This document shows positions 40,501-51,374 of a DNA stretch of 64,000 nt, piece by piece (within the stretch, counting starts at the first letter, position 1; every line of letters starts with the position of its first letter). The notes beneath the pieces were generated by a model, which searched no databases, was not told where the DNA came from, and saw nothing but the letters and a program-made list of their open reading frames with translations. A program made the position numbers and the translations under genes. Where the stretch lies: NCBI GenBank assembly GCA_965209155.1, contig OZ242383.1, positions 3,136,001 through 3,200,000 on the forward strand. Direction: 5' to 3'. The DNA is from a bacterium (GTDB taxonomy: Bacteria; SAR324; NAC60-12).

Positions 40501-43500
40501 TTCTAAGAGGGCTTTTTCCTGTTGTGATTCAGGCAGGTTCTGGAGGATCAGATACTCCCCTTCCGCTTTGAGAAAAAGAGTGGGATGGCGTAAGGGAAAC
40601 TGTGGAAATCGTTCTAGTTCAGTAAAATAGGCGACGGCTTCCTCGTAATTTTGTTGCTTCCACTTATTTTGACCAAGTTGGTAGTAAAGCGATGCAATTC
40701 TTGATCTCGCATCATTTCGGTATTCATCCTCTTCAGTCTCCAAATAGTCTTGATAAAGCTTCACGATGCTTTCCAGACGAACTTGTTTATGTCCTGACTC
40801 GGGTTCGCTCAGCATGATTTGATATTCTCCCTCTGCTTTGAGAAAAAGGGCTCGAGGGATAAAGGGAAATCGAGGGAATTGTTCCAATTTATCAAAAAAA
40901 GTGATGGCCTCTTGGTAGTTTTGCTGTTCCCATTCCTGCTGACCGATCTGGTAGTAAAGCAGGGCGATTCTTGCTCGGGCATCTCCTTGATACTGGTTAT
41001 TTTTGGTCTTCAAGTAGTTTTGAAAAAGCTTCACGATTCGTTCCAGACGAACACGTTTTTGAAAAGACTTTGGTTGATTTTGTAATATTTGATACTCTCC
41101 TTCCGCTTTGAGAAAAAGAGCAGTGGGCCGTAAAGGAAATTGAGGGAATTGCTCTAATTTGTCAAAGAATATGATGGCTTCTTTGTAATTTTGCTGCTTC
41201 CACTCGTTCTGAGCGAGTTGATAGTAAAGTAAAGCAATCCTCGCTTTGGCATCACCTTGATACTGGCTGTTTTTTGTTTTGAGATACTTCTGATAGAGCT
41301 GGATGATATCTTCCAAAAGAGTCCGCTGATGCTGAGACTCAGGCAGACTTAACAAAATTTGATACTCACCTTCGGCTTTCAGAAAGAGGGCGGGGTGACG
41401 TAGAGGAAACTCAGGAAACTTTTCGAGTTTGTCAAAAAAAGCAATGGCTACTTTATAGTTTTGTTTTTTCCATTCTTGTTGGCCGATTTGATAGAACAGA
41501 GATGCGATTCTGTCTTTGGCGTCATCTTTATACTGTTTGTCCCCGGTTTTTAAATAGTCCTGATAAAGCTGTACAACGGCATGTAGACGACCTCGTTTTT
41601 GCTGAGATTTTGGTTGACGAAGCAGGATTTGATACTGGCCTTCTGCTTTCAGAAAGAGAGTAGTGGGGCGATGTGGAAACTCAGGAAATTTTTCTAATTC
41701 GTCAAAAAAGGCAATGGCTTCTTTATAGTTTTGTTTTTCCCATTCTTGCTGTCCGAGCTTATAGAGCAGTAAAGCGATTCTTGCTTTGGCATCACTTTGA
41801 TATTCAATGTCTTCGGTTTTCAGATAATTTCGATAAAACCGGATAATAGTTTCCAGACGTGTTCGTGTATGTTCTGACTCAGACTCGTGGATCAGGATTT
41901 GATACTCTCCTTCCGCTTTCAGAAAGAGGGCCACCGGACCTAACGGAAATTGAGGAAATTTTTCTAATTCGTTAAAAAAAGCGATGGCTTCTTTGTAGTT
42001 TTGCTGTTTCCATTCAATCTGCCCGATTTGATAGTAAAGCGAAGCGATCCTCGCTTTAGCATCGCTTTGGTACTGGTTGTCCCGAGTCTCCAAATATCTT
42101 TGGAAAAGGGTCACGATGTTTTCCAAGTGAGTTCGTGTGTGCTGGGATTCTGGTACGTGTTGCAGTATTTGATATTCCCCTTCAGCTTTAAGAAAGATGG
42201 CGGGATGGAGTAAGGGGAACTGAGGGAACCGCTCCAATTCGTCAAAAAAAGAAACAGCATGTTTGTAGTTTTGCTTCGCCCATTCAATCTGTCCGAGTTG
42301 ATAGTAAAGGGAAGCAATCCTTGATCTGGCATCGTCCTGATAGTGGTTGTCTCCGGTTTTGAGATAGTTCTGATAGAGCTGTAAGATGATTTCCATTTGA
42401 GCCCTGTTTTGATTGGAGTCGGGCTGACTGACCAGGATCTGATACCTCCCTTCGGCTTTGAGAAAAAGAGTCGAATGAAATAGCGGGAACTGGGGAAATC
42501 GCTCCAGTTCATTATAATATGAGATAGCCTTTAGATAGTTTTTGTTTTCCCATTCCCTGAAACCGAGTTGGTAGTAGAGCAAAGCAATTCTTTCATTCGC
42601 ATCGTCCAGGTACTGGAGATCATCGGTATTGAGATAGTTCTGATAGAGTTGAATGATGGCTTCCAAACGGGAGTTCTGGTGCGGGGAGTCAGGCTCACTG
42701 ATAAAAATTTGATACTCCCCTTCGGCTTTGAGAAAAAGAGTAGTCTTGCGAAGGGGAAATTTTGAAAATCGCTCCAATTTGTTAAAAAAGGCAATGGCTT
42801 CTTTGTAATTTCGCTGTTCCCACTCAATCTGACCGAGTTGATAATAAAGCGAAGCAATCCTTGCTTCAGCATCGTCTCGATACTGAGTGTCCTTGGTTGT
42901 TATATAGTTTTGATATGACTGAACGATTGCTTCCAGGCGGGCTCTTGTTTGCTGCGCTTTAGGCTCATTCAGCAATATCTGATACTCCCCTTCCGCAATG
43001 AGAAAGAGAGTTGGGTGGCGTAAGGGGAATTCGGGGAATTGCTCCAGTTTATCAAAAAATATAACGGCTTCTTTGTAATTTCGCTGTTTCCACTCAATCT
43101 GTCCGAGTTGATAGTAAAGGGAAGCGACCCTCTCTCTTGCATTATTTCGATATTGGTTGTCCTCCGTTTTCAGATAGTTCCGGTAGAGCTCTACAATGGT
43201 TTCCATACGAATCTTTTTCTGCCGCGCATCAGGCTCACTCAACAATATTTGATACTCCCCTTCCGCCTTAAAAAAAAGCGTGGAATCGCGCAGATGAAAT
43301 TGAGGGAAATGTTCCAATTTGTCAAAAAATATAAGGGCTTCTTTGTAGTTTTTCTGACCCCATTCATTTTGGCCGAGTTGGTAATAAATCTTTGCTTGTT
43401 GGTCCAAGTCCTGAATATGATCCGTATATTTCAGTAGCCACTTTTTTGCCCTTTGAAAATCTTGTTGGTGATGATAAGCCAATCCCAGCAGATGTAGCCA

Positions 43501-44094
43501 TTCTATATTCTGCTCCTTGGTTAGCTGTCCTGTAGTTGTTATCTTGGAAAGAGAGTCACTGGCTTTCTGATAAACCGAAAGCGCTTCAGAGGTTTGATTT
43601 TTGCGCGCCGATTCTGCAACATAAAAATAGGATCTTCCCAACAAGTAGTATACAATTTCCCGATACTTGCTTTCTGGAAATTTTTCGGAAAAGTCACTGA
43701 GAATTGATATACTTTTTTTATGTTGCAGCATACCTGCTCTCAATCGACCTTCCCGAAACATTGCCTCTTCAGTCCACCGGCCCATACGATATTCTTGTCG
43801 ATAATTGGAATACTCGTCTGCAAGCCCGATCTTGTCTTCCGAGCCCAAATCCTTCGCTCGGATTTTCAAAAACAAAACCGTTTCACGAAATTGACCATCA
43901 GGAAATTTTTTTAGATATTCCTCAGCTTCCTCTTCAGCCAGTTTATAGAATTCGTCTCTGAAAAATCCTTGTATAATTTGAAACTGTTCTTCTTCAGGTA
44001 GAGAAGCAAATGTTTCCAAGGGGGGGGAGAGCACTACTACAAATAAAAATAAAAGTAAGGAGTCAACTAACAAATTTTTACAAAAGTAAGCCAT
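28507..44094 (-). CDS. Giant exported TPR-like solenoid protein (~5195 aa)
   Basis: Uninterrupted 15.6-kb ORF. Likely start MAYFCKNLLVDSLLLFLFVVVLSPPLETFA (signal-peptide-like), then N-terminal TPRs, 47 tandem 90-aa units and a C-terminal TPR region. Confidence 0.93.
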   Translation of the reverse strand: MAYFCKNLLVDSLLLFLFVVVLSPPLETFASLPEEEQFQIIQGFFRDEFYKLAEEEAEEYLKKFPDGQFRETVLFLKIRAKDLGSEDKIGLADEYSNYRQEYRMGRWTEEAMFREGRLRAGMLQHKKSISILSDFSEKFPESKYREIVYYLLGRSYFYVAESARKNQTSEALSVYQKASDSLSKITTTGQLTKEQNIEWLHLLGLAYHHQQDFQRAKKWLLKYTDHIQDLDQQAKIYYQLGQNEWGQKNYKEALIFFDKLEHFPQFHLRDSTLFFKAEGEYQILLSEPDARQKKIRMETIVELYRNYLKTEDNQYRNNARERVASLYYQLGQIEWKQRNYKEAVIFFDKLEQFPEFPLRHPTLFLIAEGEYQILLNEPKAQQTRARLEAIVQSYQNYITTKDTQYRDDAEARIASLYYQLGQIEWEQRNYKEAIAFFNKLERFSKFPLRKTTLFLKAEGEYQIFISEPDSPHQNSRLEAIIQLYQNYLNTDDLQYLDDANERIALLYYQLGFREWENKNYLKAISYYNELERFPQFPLFHSTLFLKAEGRYQILVSQPDSNQNRAQMEIILQLYQNYLKTGDNHYQDDARSRIASLYYQLGQIEWAKQNYKHAVSFFDELERFPQFPLLHPAIFLKAEGEYQILQHVPESQHTRTHLENIVTLFQRYLETRDNQYQSDAKARIASLYYQIGQIEWKQQNYKEAIAFFNELEKFPQFPLGPVALFLKAEGEYQILIHESESEHTRTRLETIIRFYRNYLKTEDIEYQSDAKARIALLLYKLGQQEWEKQNYKEAIAFFDELEKFPEFPHRPTTLFLKAEGQYQILLRQPKSQQKRGRLHAVVQLYQDYLKTGDKQYKDDAKDRIASLFYQIGQQEWKKQNYKVAIAFFDKLEKFPEFPLRHPALFLKAEGEYQILLSLPESQHQRTLLEDIIQLYQKYLKTKNSQYQGDAKARIALLYYQLAQNEWKQQNYKEAIIFFDKLEQFPQFPLRPTALFLKAEGEYQILQNQPKSFQKRVRLERIVKLFQNYLKTKNNQYQGDARARIALLYYQIGQQEWEQQNYQEAITFFDKLEQFPRFPFIPRALFLKAEGEYQIMLSEPESGHKQVRLESIVKLYQDYLETEEDEYRNDARSRIASLYYQLGQNKWKQQNYEEAVAYFTELERFPQFPLRHPTLFLKAEGEYLILQNLPESQQEKALLEDSIRLYQKYLDTQDSQYQSDATARIASLYYQIGQQEWQKKSYKEAIAFFEKLEQFPQFPLRHPALFLKAEGEYQVLQSEPEPHRNKVRMEAIIVLFQNYLKTEDSQYQDDAKARIAMLYYQLGQTEWEQQNYKDAVAYFEEVEQFPQFPLSKPTLFLKAEGEYQILQSQPESEHKRAQLEAILLLYQDYLKTDDSEYQENAEARIASLYYQIGQQEWEKQNYQEAVAFFDKLEKFPQFPLIHATHFLKAEGKYQILLRQPESEHKRPHLENVVALFQNYLETKDSQYQDDAKARIASLYYQIGQQEWEKQNYQEAVAFFDKLEKFPQFPLRHPSLFLKAEGEYQILLSRPEAHKNQTRLETIAQLFQNYLKTRDSQYQGDAEARIASLYYQLGQNEWNRQNFKKAIAYFDELEQFPRFPLRHSTLFLKAEGEYQILLGEPESHHTNAHLKGIIDLYQNYLETGDSQYNNDAESRVASLYYQLGQNEWVKKNYKEAIEFFDELNHFPSFPLRSSTYFFKAEGEYQILQNQPETEHTRARLENIVENFQHYLKTKDIQYQEKANERIASLYYQLGQKEWEKKNYKEAVGYFDKLERFPQFPLLHPTLFLKAEGEYQILQKQSESEHERARLEFIVKLYQNYLRTKDTKYQDDAKARIALLYYQLGQKEWEKKNYAEAITLFNKLEQFPRFPQRFTALFLKAEGEYQILLSQPRSEHKQGRLERIIQLFQDYLKTEDSQYRSDARARIASLYYQLGQQEWEKQNYQKALVFFDELEQFPEFPLRHPTLFLKAEGEYQILLGQPRSEHKRVRLEAIIQLYWDYLKTEDNQYQSDAGSRIALLYYQLGQQEWEKQNYQEAIAFFEKLEQFPQFPLRHLTLFLKAEGEYQILLGQPKSSHDRGRIENIIQLFQNYLDTKDNQYLDESRARIASLYYQLGQNEWEQKNYKEAIAFFDELEKYPNFPLRHPTLFLKAEGEYLLLMNSPESQHERARLEALVQLFQNYLVTENSQYQSDANARIASLYYQLGQQQWETQDYKEAIAYFDKLNQFPQFPLRHTALFLKAEGEYQLIQKEHESRQEQARLEVIVQLFQNYLETGDDQYQADAKDRIASLYYQLGQQQWDRQNYEDAIAYFDELERFPQFPLRHPTLFLKAEGKYRILFRQPESLHKRVHLEAIILLYQNYLKTEDDQYQGQAKTRIAELYYQLGQQQWEEKNYKKAIAYFDELEQFPRFPLRHTALFLKAEGEYQVLQIMPESQRERAHMENIVQLFQNYLKTDDNQYLSDARARIASVYYQLGQQQWEEKNYEEAIVFFNELEQFPKFSLRHPTLFLIAEGEYQILLGKPASRQYRESMEAIVQLYKNYLNTEDNQYRSDARARIASLYYEIGQGEWRKKNYEEAIAYFNRLEQFPNFPLRYTALFLIAEGEYQILLEQPEFQNNREGMEAIVLLYQNYLKTQDRQYRSDARSRIASFYYQLGQGEWEKKNYEEAVVFFDNLEEFPDFPLRNTALFLRAEGEYQILQNLPQSQQERARLEAIVLLYQNYLKTLDSQYKSDARSRIASLYYQLGQGEWEKNNYKMAIAFFDNLEEFPDFPLRHATLFLKAEGEYHILQSLPETQHERARLEAIVQLFLNYLEAEDNRYQDDAKARIASLYYQLGQGEWEKQNYKEAIAFFDNLEEFPDFPLRRPALFLKAEGEYQILQSQPESEHEQSRLEAIAQLFQHYLETEDSQYNEEAKARIASLYYQLGQGEWEKQNYQEAITFFEKLEQFPEFPLRFHTIFLKAEGEYQILQSLPESEHKRTHLETIVQLYQNYLETKDDQYRADARARVASLYYQFGQYEWNKQNYKEAIAFFDELAQFHNFPLRHPALFLKAEGEYQILINLPESHHERSHLEGILKLFQNYLKTGDKQYQDDAKARIASLYYQLGQQEWEKQNYREAIVFFDELEQFPQFPLRHTTLFLKAEGEYQILQYQPKSQHKQVRLEAIMQLYQNYLETQDEQYRSDARSRIASIYYQLGQQEWEKQNYKEAIVFFDELEQFPQFPLRHPTLFLKAEGEYQLLQQRPHQYRHKRVSLEGIIQLYQDYLETEDSEYEEDAKVRIASIFYQLGQSEWEKKNYREAVAFFDELRQFPQFPLLNPALFLKAEGEYQILQNQQNPQNEQARLKVVMQLFQNYLATKDTQYQNDAEARIASLYYQLGQQEWAKQNYQEAIAYFDNLERFPQFPLRHSTLFLKAEGEYQILLNKPNSKHNGAHLEAIVELFQNYLKTGDSQYQGDAKARVASLYYQLGQQQWEKHNYEEAIALFEKLEHFPRFPLRHSTLFLKAEGEYQILLSQPKRQHNRTRKEEIILLYQNYLKTEDNQYQIDAKERIASLFYQLGQSEWEKQNYQEAIAFFNKLEQFPEFPLRHPTLFLKAEGEYQILQSQPESQNNRTRMESIIQRYQSYLKTGDDQFQKDANSRIASLYYQLGQSEWKKQNYQEAIAFFDELEQFPEFPLRPHTLFLKAEGEYQLMLSLPESQHRRTHLESIVELFKNYLETQDGEYDNDAKARIALLYYQLGQQEWKKQNYQEAITFFDELKQFPQFSLHDPALFLKAEGEYQLMQREPESQRNRDHLVAILQRFQHYLKTEDVQYQTEAQSRIASLYYQLGQNEWDKRNYREAIAFFDELDQFPQFPLRLPTLFLKAEGEYQILLSESEPQNKEDRMESIVGLYQNYLDAEDSQYEADANSRIASLYYQLGQSEWEKQNFQEAITFFEKLEQFPEFSLRDPTLFLIAEGEYQILLSQPKSQYLRTRLEGIVQLYQNYLKTGDNQYLNDAKERIASLNYQLGQIEWEKNNYKEAVAFFDELEHSPNFPLRDPTLFLKAEGEYQMLLSQPEAQHKRDRLERILELYQNYLKTGDSQYLSDANARIASLYYKLGQIEWEKKNYMEAIALFDELEKFPEFPLRSATLFLKAEGEYQMLLSQPGIQDKRARLEVILQLFQDYLHTHDSQFRDDAIARIASLFYQLGQIEWEKDNYKEAIAFFDELEQFPQFPLRSPTLFLKAEGEYQILLSQPKSQHARARIESIVQLYWNYLETGDNQFQIDARARIASLYYQLGQNEWEQRNYKEAITFFDKLNQFPEFPLRHTILFLKAEGQYQILLSQPKSQHERVRIESIVQLYWNYLETGDNQFQNDARSRIASLYYQLGQDEWEQRNYKEAITFFDKLNQFPEFPLRYTILFLKAEGMYQILLHQPESQRTRSSLKAIVALYENYLKTDDKQYQTRVFHRLAKIYQEINEPQKTISNYKNYLNTDDGTHDARVRYELAHLFIDQEDYIQAIRELDLARKSKEYQNDGELILQLSKLLELENRYLELQNLLAEAKNNSALSDQHRNFFRMKDINLALKNNQCEKILKENKELSASLNQEDRHYVLYARSVCFYQTKQWKQAAVELNVIKNDPDYEQFAFEKLIEIYQESKEWNSLAVHIEEFLKRNDFPLLPIHFQTLLNAYHQLRDWKKLVATYMRWDSVSPEDVQKSEFLIDWAETEEKLNRYEKSRDLYKRVLSLPEIDLDLREGIVFHLADSYIEDEDYRSVVQIYERDLIPYLSETKTLQNYALTLGQIYYDPLKEYDKARQWLQKVDQGQESDVEVSAILLLSDIAEELEEVDKSIQLLNNLTQRSLNPEWRLNVNYRLAILYEKRQQIPKALEKYRVMASLKSITKKEDRELQEYAQNRIQEIEKNNSIQELDQLIKNKSWQKLAIRIRNGFDNQSLTPNHELFEILVYAERHQKNWQGILDAYQLWGKLDASKAESLEALLSQGEAALQISDNELAEKFYKNALKILPNEDQATRIFLTKNLAFIYEQQNNFSKVVDVYEQIYPHLRDIQDQIQFAYKLGSYYLSPLDDKEQAQKWFSEADRGGTLEEELSAAWQLAELESNPTQSIKILAKLASRPISSNLEWYITVNLKLGILYEQQEKWRRAKLHYDRVVKSKNTKYKNYEQFALERSNTISDYLKSLQRSQ
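30702..43395 (-). repeat. 47 tandem 270-bp coding repeats (one unit is 273 bp)
   Basis: The YQLGQ anchor recurs every 270 bp from 43371 to 34461, takes one 273-bp step (34461 to 34188), then recurs every 270 bp to 30948. Confidence 0.95.
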
Positions 44095-44666
44095 TGGGAT
44101 CTTTTTTAGAAAATTGATCAGTGAGTATTTTGGAGTGGTTGAATTACTGATTCCCAGCATGTACTGTAGATATTGGCAACACGAAAGACCTTACTACAAT
44201 TTTTTATACGAGGCTGGATGGAGATTTTGGATTGGGAAACTTTCAGGATTCGGGCAAGAAAAGAAACGCATAGTTTATTTATTGCTCCTCCTTCAAGAGC
44301 GGCGATAAAACTCAATTTGATTTTGTTGTTTAAGGCAAACCTCCATGACCCTGTGTGCGCAAGTAATTGGACAAAATGATAAAAAACAAGTTGGTTGCCA
44401 TTTAGAATGAAACCGTTTTGCGCAGGTATCATAACACTAGAAATATATGATCCGATCATTTTTTGGAATTTTCGTATTCATATCCTTGCATGAACTTGAC
44501 CACTTTGCTCCTTACAAAAAAAATTATCTTGTAAGACAGTAAGAATCAGGAATCTTCTAGTTGATTGCTTAAATTGAATTGCGTGAAATAGAATAGGGTT
44601 GAATCTATGGGACTTTCCCGGTAAGGTTGACGATTTCAAATTTAACTTTCTCTAAAAGAAAGTCCC

Positions 44667-44873
44667 ATGAAATTCTAATTGAGTGTAACGGAATTCAGAA
44701 AAATGTTCAATACTCTTCTCAAAGCCTGGAAGCATTATTGGAGCTGTTACGAGTGGATTTTAGCAATCAAGTCGGTATTGATCTTTCCGAATCAATGAAG
44801 CAGAACTGATCGAAAATCTGGGAGGAACCCAGTGAGCGAAGTGGAAGCCCTGGGAATCACCAGTATGCTCTAA
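44667..44873 (+). pseudogene. Possible degraded ThiS/MoaD-like sulfur-carrier gene
   Basis: ILIECNG..SLEALLELL..VGIDL, then frame-shifted WEE..VSEVEALGI segments resembling ThiS; no C-terminal GG. Confidence 0.3.
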
Positions 44874-44953
44874 TCCGATAATTTCTTAAATCAGGCAAAA
44901 ACTGTTAGAACTATTGATAAAAAAAATTCACCTGAAATAGGGACTAAATTTGC

Positions 44954-45586
44954 ATGGCACGGACATGTATTAAGGTGTGTGGGTTAACGACCCGAGAACA
45001 GGTAAAAGATTGTGTCGATTCAGGAGTAGATTGGTTGGGGTTCAATTGTTATCCCGGATCCAAAAGGTATATAGTTCCTGAAAAAATTCGTGAACTGTTG
45101 AATATTGTGCCTTTTGATGTAAAAACGGTTGGAGTTTTTGTAAATGGGTCGGTTCAAAAAGTCAATCAAATCATGGAATACACTGGTTTGCAACTTGTCC
45201 AATTGCATGGAGACGAATCACCTGAATATGCGAAAGCCTTAACACACGAATATATTCGGGTTTTTCGTGTCTCTCCCTCTTTTCAACCGAATCAGATCAG
45301 CCATTTCCCATTAAGCTATTTTTTACTTGATTCTTACCAACCCAACCGTTATGGAGGAACAGGTAAGTCTTTCAATTGGGAAATCGCGAAGAAGTCCAAA
45401 AAGTTTGGACGATTAATTTTGGCAGGTGGACTGAATTCTGAAAATGTGCAAGAAGCCATCACCAGTGTTCGTCCTTTTGGTGTCGATGTCTGTAGTGGAG
45501 TGGAATCTTCACCGGGATTGAAAAATCGGAATCGTGTTGCCACTTTCATTTCGGCTGTTAGAAAAGCAGACCAGATCCGGATTTAA
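44954..45586 (+). CDS. trpF: Phosphoribosylanthranilate isomerase
   Basis: IKVCGLT, SKRY, VGVFVN, VQLHGDE, GGTGKSFNW, LAGGL..ENV, GVDVCSGVE. Confidence 0.97.
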   Translation: MARTCIKVCGLTTREQVKDCVDSGVDWLGFNCYPGSKRYIVPEKIRELLNIVPFDVKTVGVFVNGSVQKVNQIMEYTGLQLVQLHGDESPEYAKALTHEYIRVFRVSPSFQPNQISHFPLSYFLLDSYQPNRYGGTGKSFNWEIAKKSKKFGRLILAGGLNSENVQEAITSVRPFGVDVCSGVESSPGLKNRNRVATFISAVRKADQIRI

Positions 45587-45717
45587 TTGCTTGATCTGTA
45601 GGAACAATTAAACAATCGGTTACATGAACTTCAAGGCAATGATGTTCATTTTCGGACTTGAGCTCCATTTAAAAATCTGAGTCTCATTTTATGGGCGCTT
45701 GAATTTTTTGAATTTTT

Positions 45718-45875
45718 AATCTAAAAAAAGTTTGACAATAATTTTTTTTTCTATAAATTATTATTAAGCATGCTAAAACGCATTCAAAAATCTAAAAAAG
45801 TTTGAAAATAATTTTTTTCTATAAATTATTTTTTAGTGTGCTAAAATGCTTTCAAATCATGTTGGTCTTTGACAA
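45718..45875 (+). promoter_or_regulatory. rRNA operon promoter region: ~70-bp tandem duplication and boxA
   Basis: TTGACA (45732)-N16-TAAATT in copy 1, degenerate TTGAAA in copy 2; boxA-like TGGTCTTTGACAA at 45863-45875, which can pair with TTGTCAAAAGAC after the 16S gene. Confidence 0.7.
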
Positions 45876-45981
45876 GGGAATCGGAAGAAATTTACAAGAA
45901 TGGGCCATTGATCCGTCAGATTTGCTCTGATGGGTCATTAAGATTTTGCTGATGTAAATCAGCGCGTCATATCAAACTTTA

Positions 45982-47506
<1,525 letters not shown>

Positions 47507-47748
47507 AATTTCTTGAATCTCTTTCAAGAGATAAGGTCGATGCCCTTCGAGTTTTTTCAACCGACCCCTTGTCAAAAGACTATTTTCCTTTTGGTATTTC
47601 TCTGGTAAAGACAAAAATTATTTGTTTTTGTCTCTCCAGCATAAAATATATTTGTTGTTCTTGGATAATTAAATCAGAAAGCTGTTTAAACTTTCACCCA
47701 GGTAGAGGTGAAGGTTTTATCTTCAAGAGTAAGATTTGGTTTCAAGAG

Positions 47749-50685
<2,937 letters not shown>

Positions 50686-50749
50686 TTTTCGAATACCAAT
50701 TACTCTTTGATAAAACCTTCACCGCTCTCAGGGTGAACAATAAATCGTT

Positions 50750-50868
50750 TTTCGGTGCTTATGGCAAGGGGGTCATACCTGTACCCTTCCCGAACACAGA
50801 AGTCAAGTCCCTTTGCGCTTATGGTACTGCCAGGGAAACCGCGGTGGGAGAGTCGGACAGTGCCGGAA
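50750..50868 (+). rRNA. rrf: 5S rRNA
   Basis: CCCGAACACAGAAGTCAAG, ATGGTACTG, GGGAGAGT motifs; terminal helix CGGTGC / GTGCCG. Confidence 0.96.
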
Positions 50869-50915
50869 ATCTTATTTAAATACCCCAAATACCATTCTCC
50901 TGAAACCTTTAGGTT

Positions 50916-51002
50916 GCCGAGGTGGTGAAATTGGTAGACGCGCTGGACTCAAAATCCAGTGGGGGCGACCCCGTGCCGGTTCGATTCCGGCTCTCGGCAC
51001 CA
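50916..51002 (+). tRNA. tRNA-Leu (anticodon CAA)
   Basis: GCCGAGG..CTCGGC acceptor stem, anticodon arm CTGGA-CTCAAAA-TCCAG, long variable arm, GGTTCGATTCC, encoded CCA. Confidence 0.97.
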
Positions 51003-51374
51003 ACTGGATTTGTCAGACAATCATCCTGATCTTTTGAAAATCTACACACTCATATGTTGGATAAACTATCTTTTCAACGATAGCTATACTTTCTCACCTC
51101 AAGGTGATTTTGCATTACCATCTCGGACTTGCATTCACGAATGAGGAGTTTGATCGAGAATCTCGCGCCATAGCGTTCAATGATAGCTGAGGAAGAAAGA
51201 TAGACTTTTTCGCCCAAAAACGAAGTAATCCTGTTTGCGTGACGTCCTTTTCAAGTGATGGTTATCCACACTGTTTCCAATCGGTATGAAAAACCCGGTA
51301 AGGAATAGCAGCCTCCTCGTTGCTCGGCGCGCATATAAAGCAACTTGTGGTCGTGCCGCAAAGAAAGGAGTGGG

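Noticed and set aside
30702..43395. CRISPR array or diversity-generating retroelement interpretation of the repeats
   Set aside because: Units are contiguous in-frame coding repeats without unique spacers; no cas or reverse transcriptase gene in the window
28679..43961. Dozens of short ORFs on the opposite strand or in other frames within the giant gene
   Set aside because: They recur with the 270-bp period and are shadows of the repeat; no independent motifs
51262..51270. Perfect DnaA box TTATCCACA
   Set aside because: Single copy with no cluster or origin-associated genes; not evidence for oriC
50916..51374. tRNA-Leu as an integration site
   Set aside because: No integrase next to it and I saw no duplicate of the tRNA 3' end; downstream genes are metabolic
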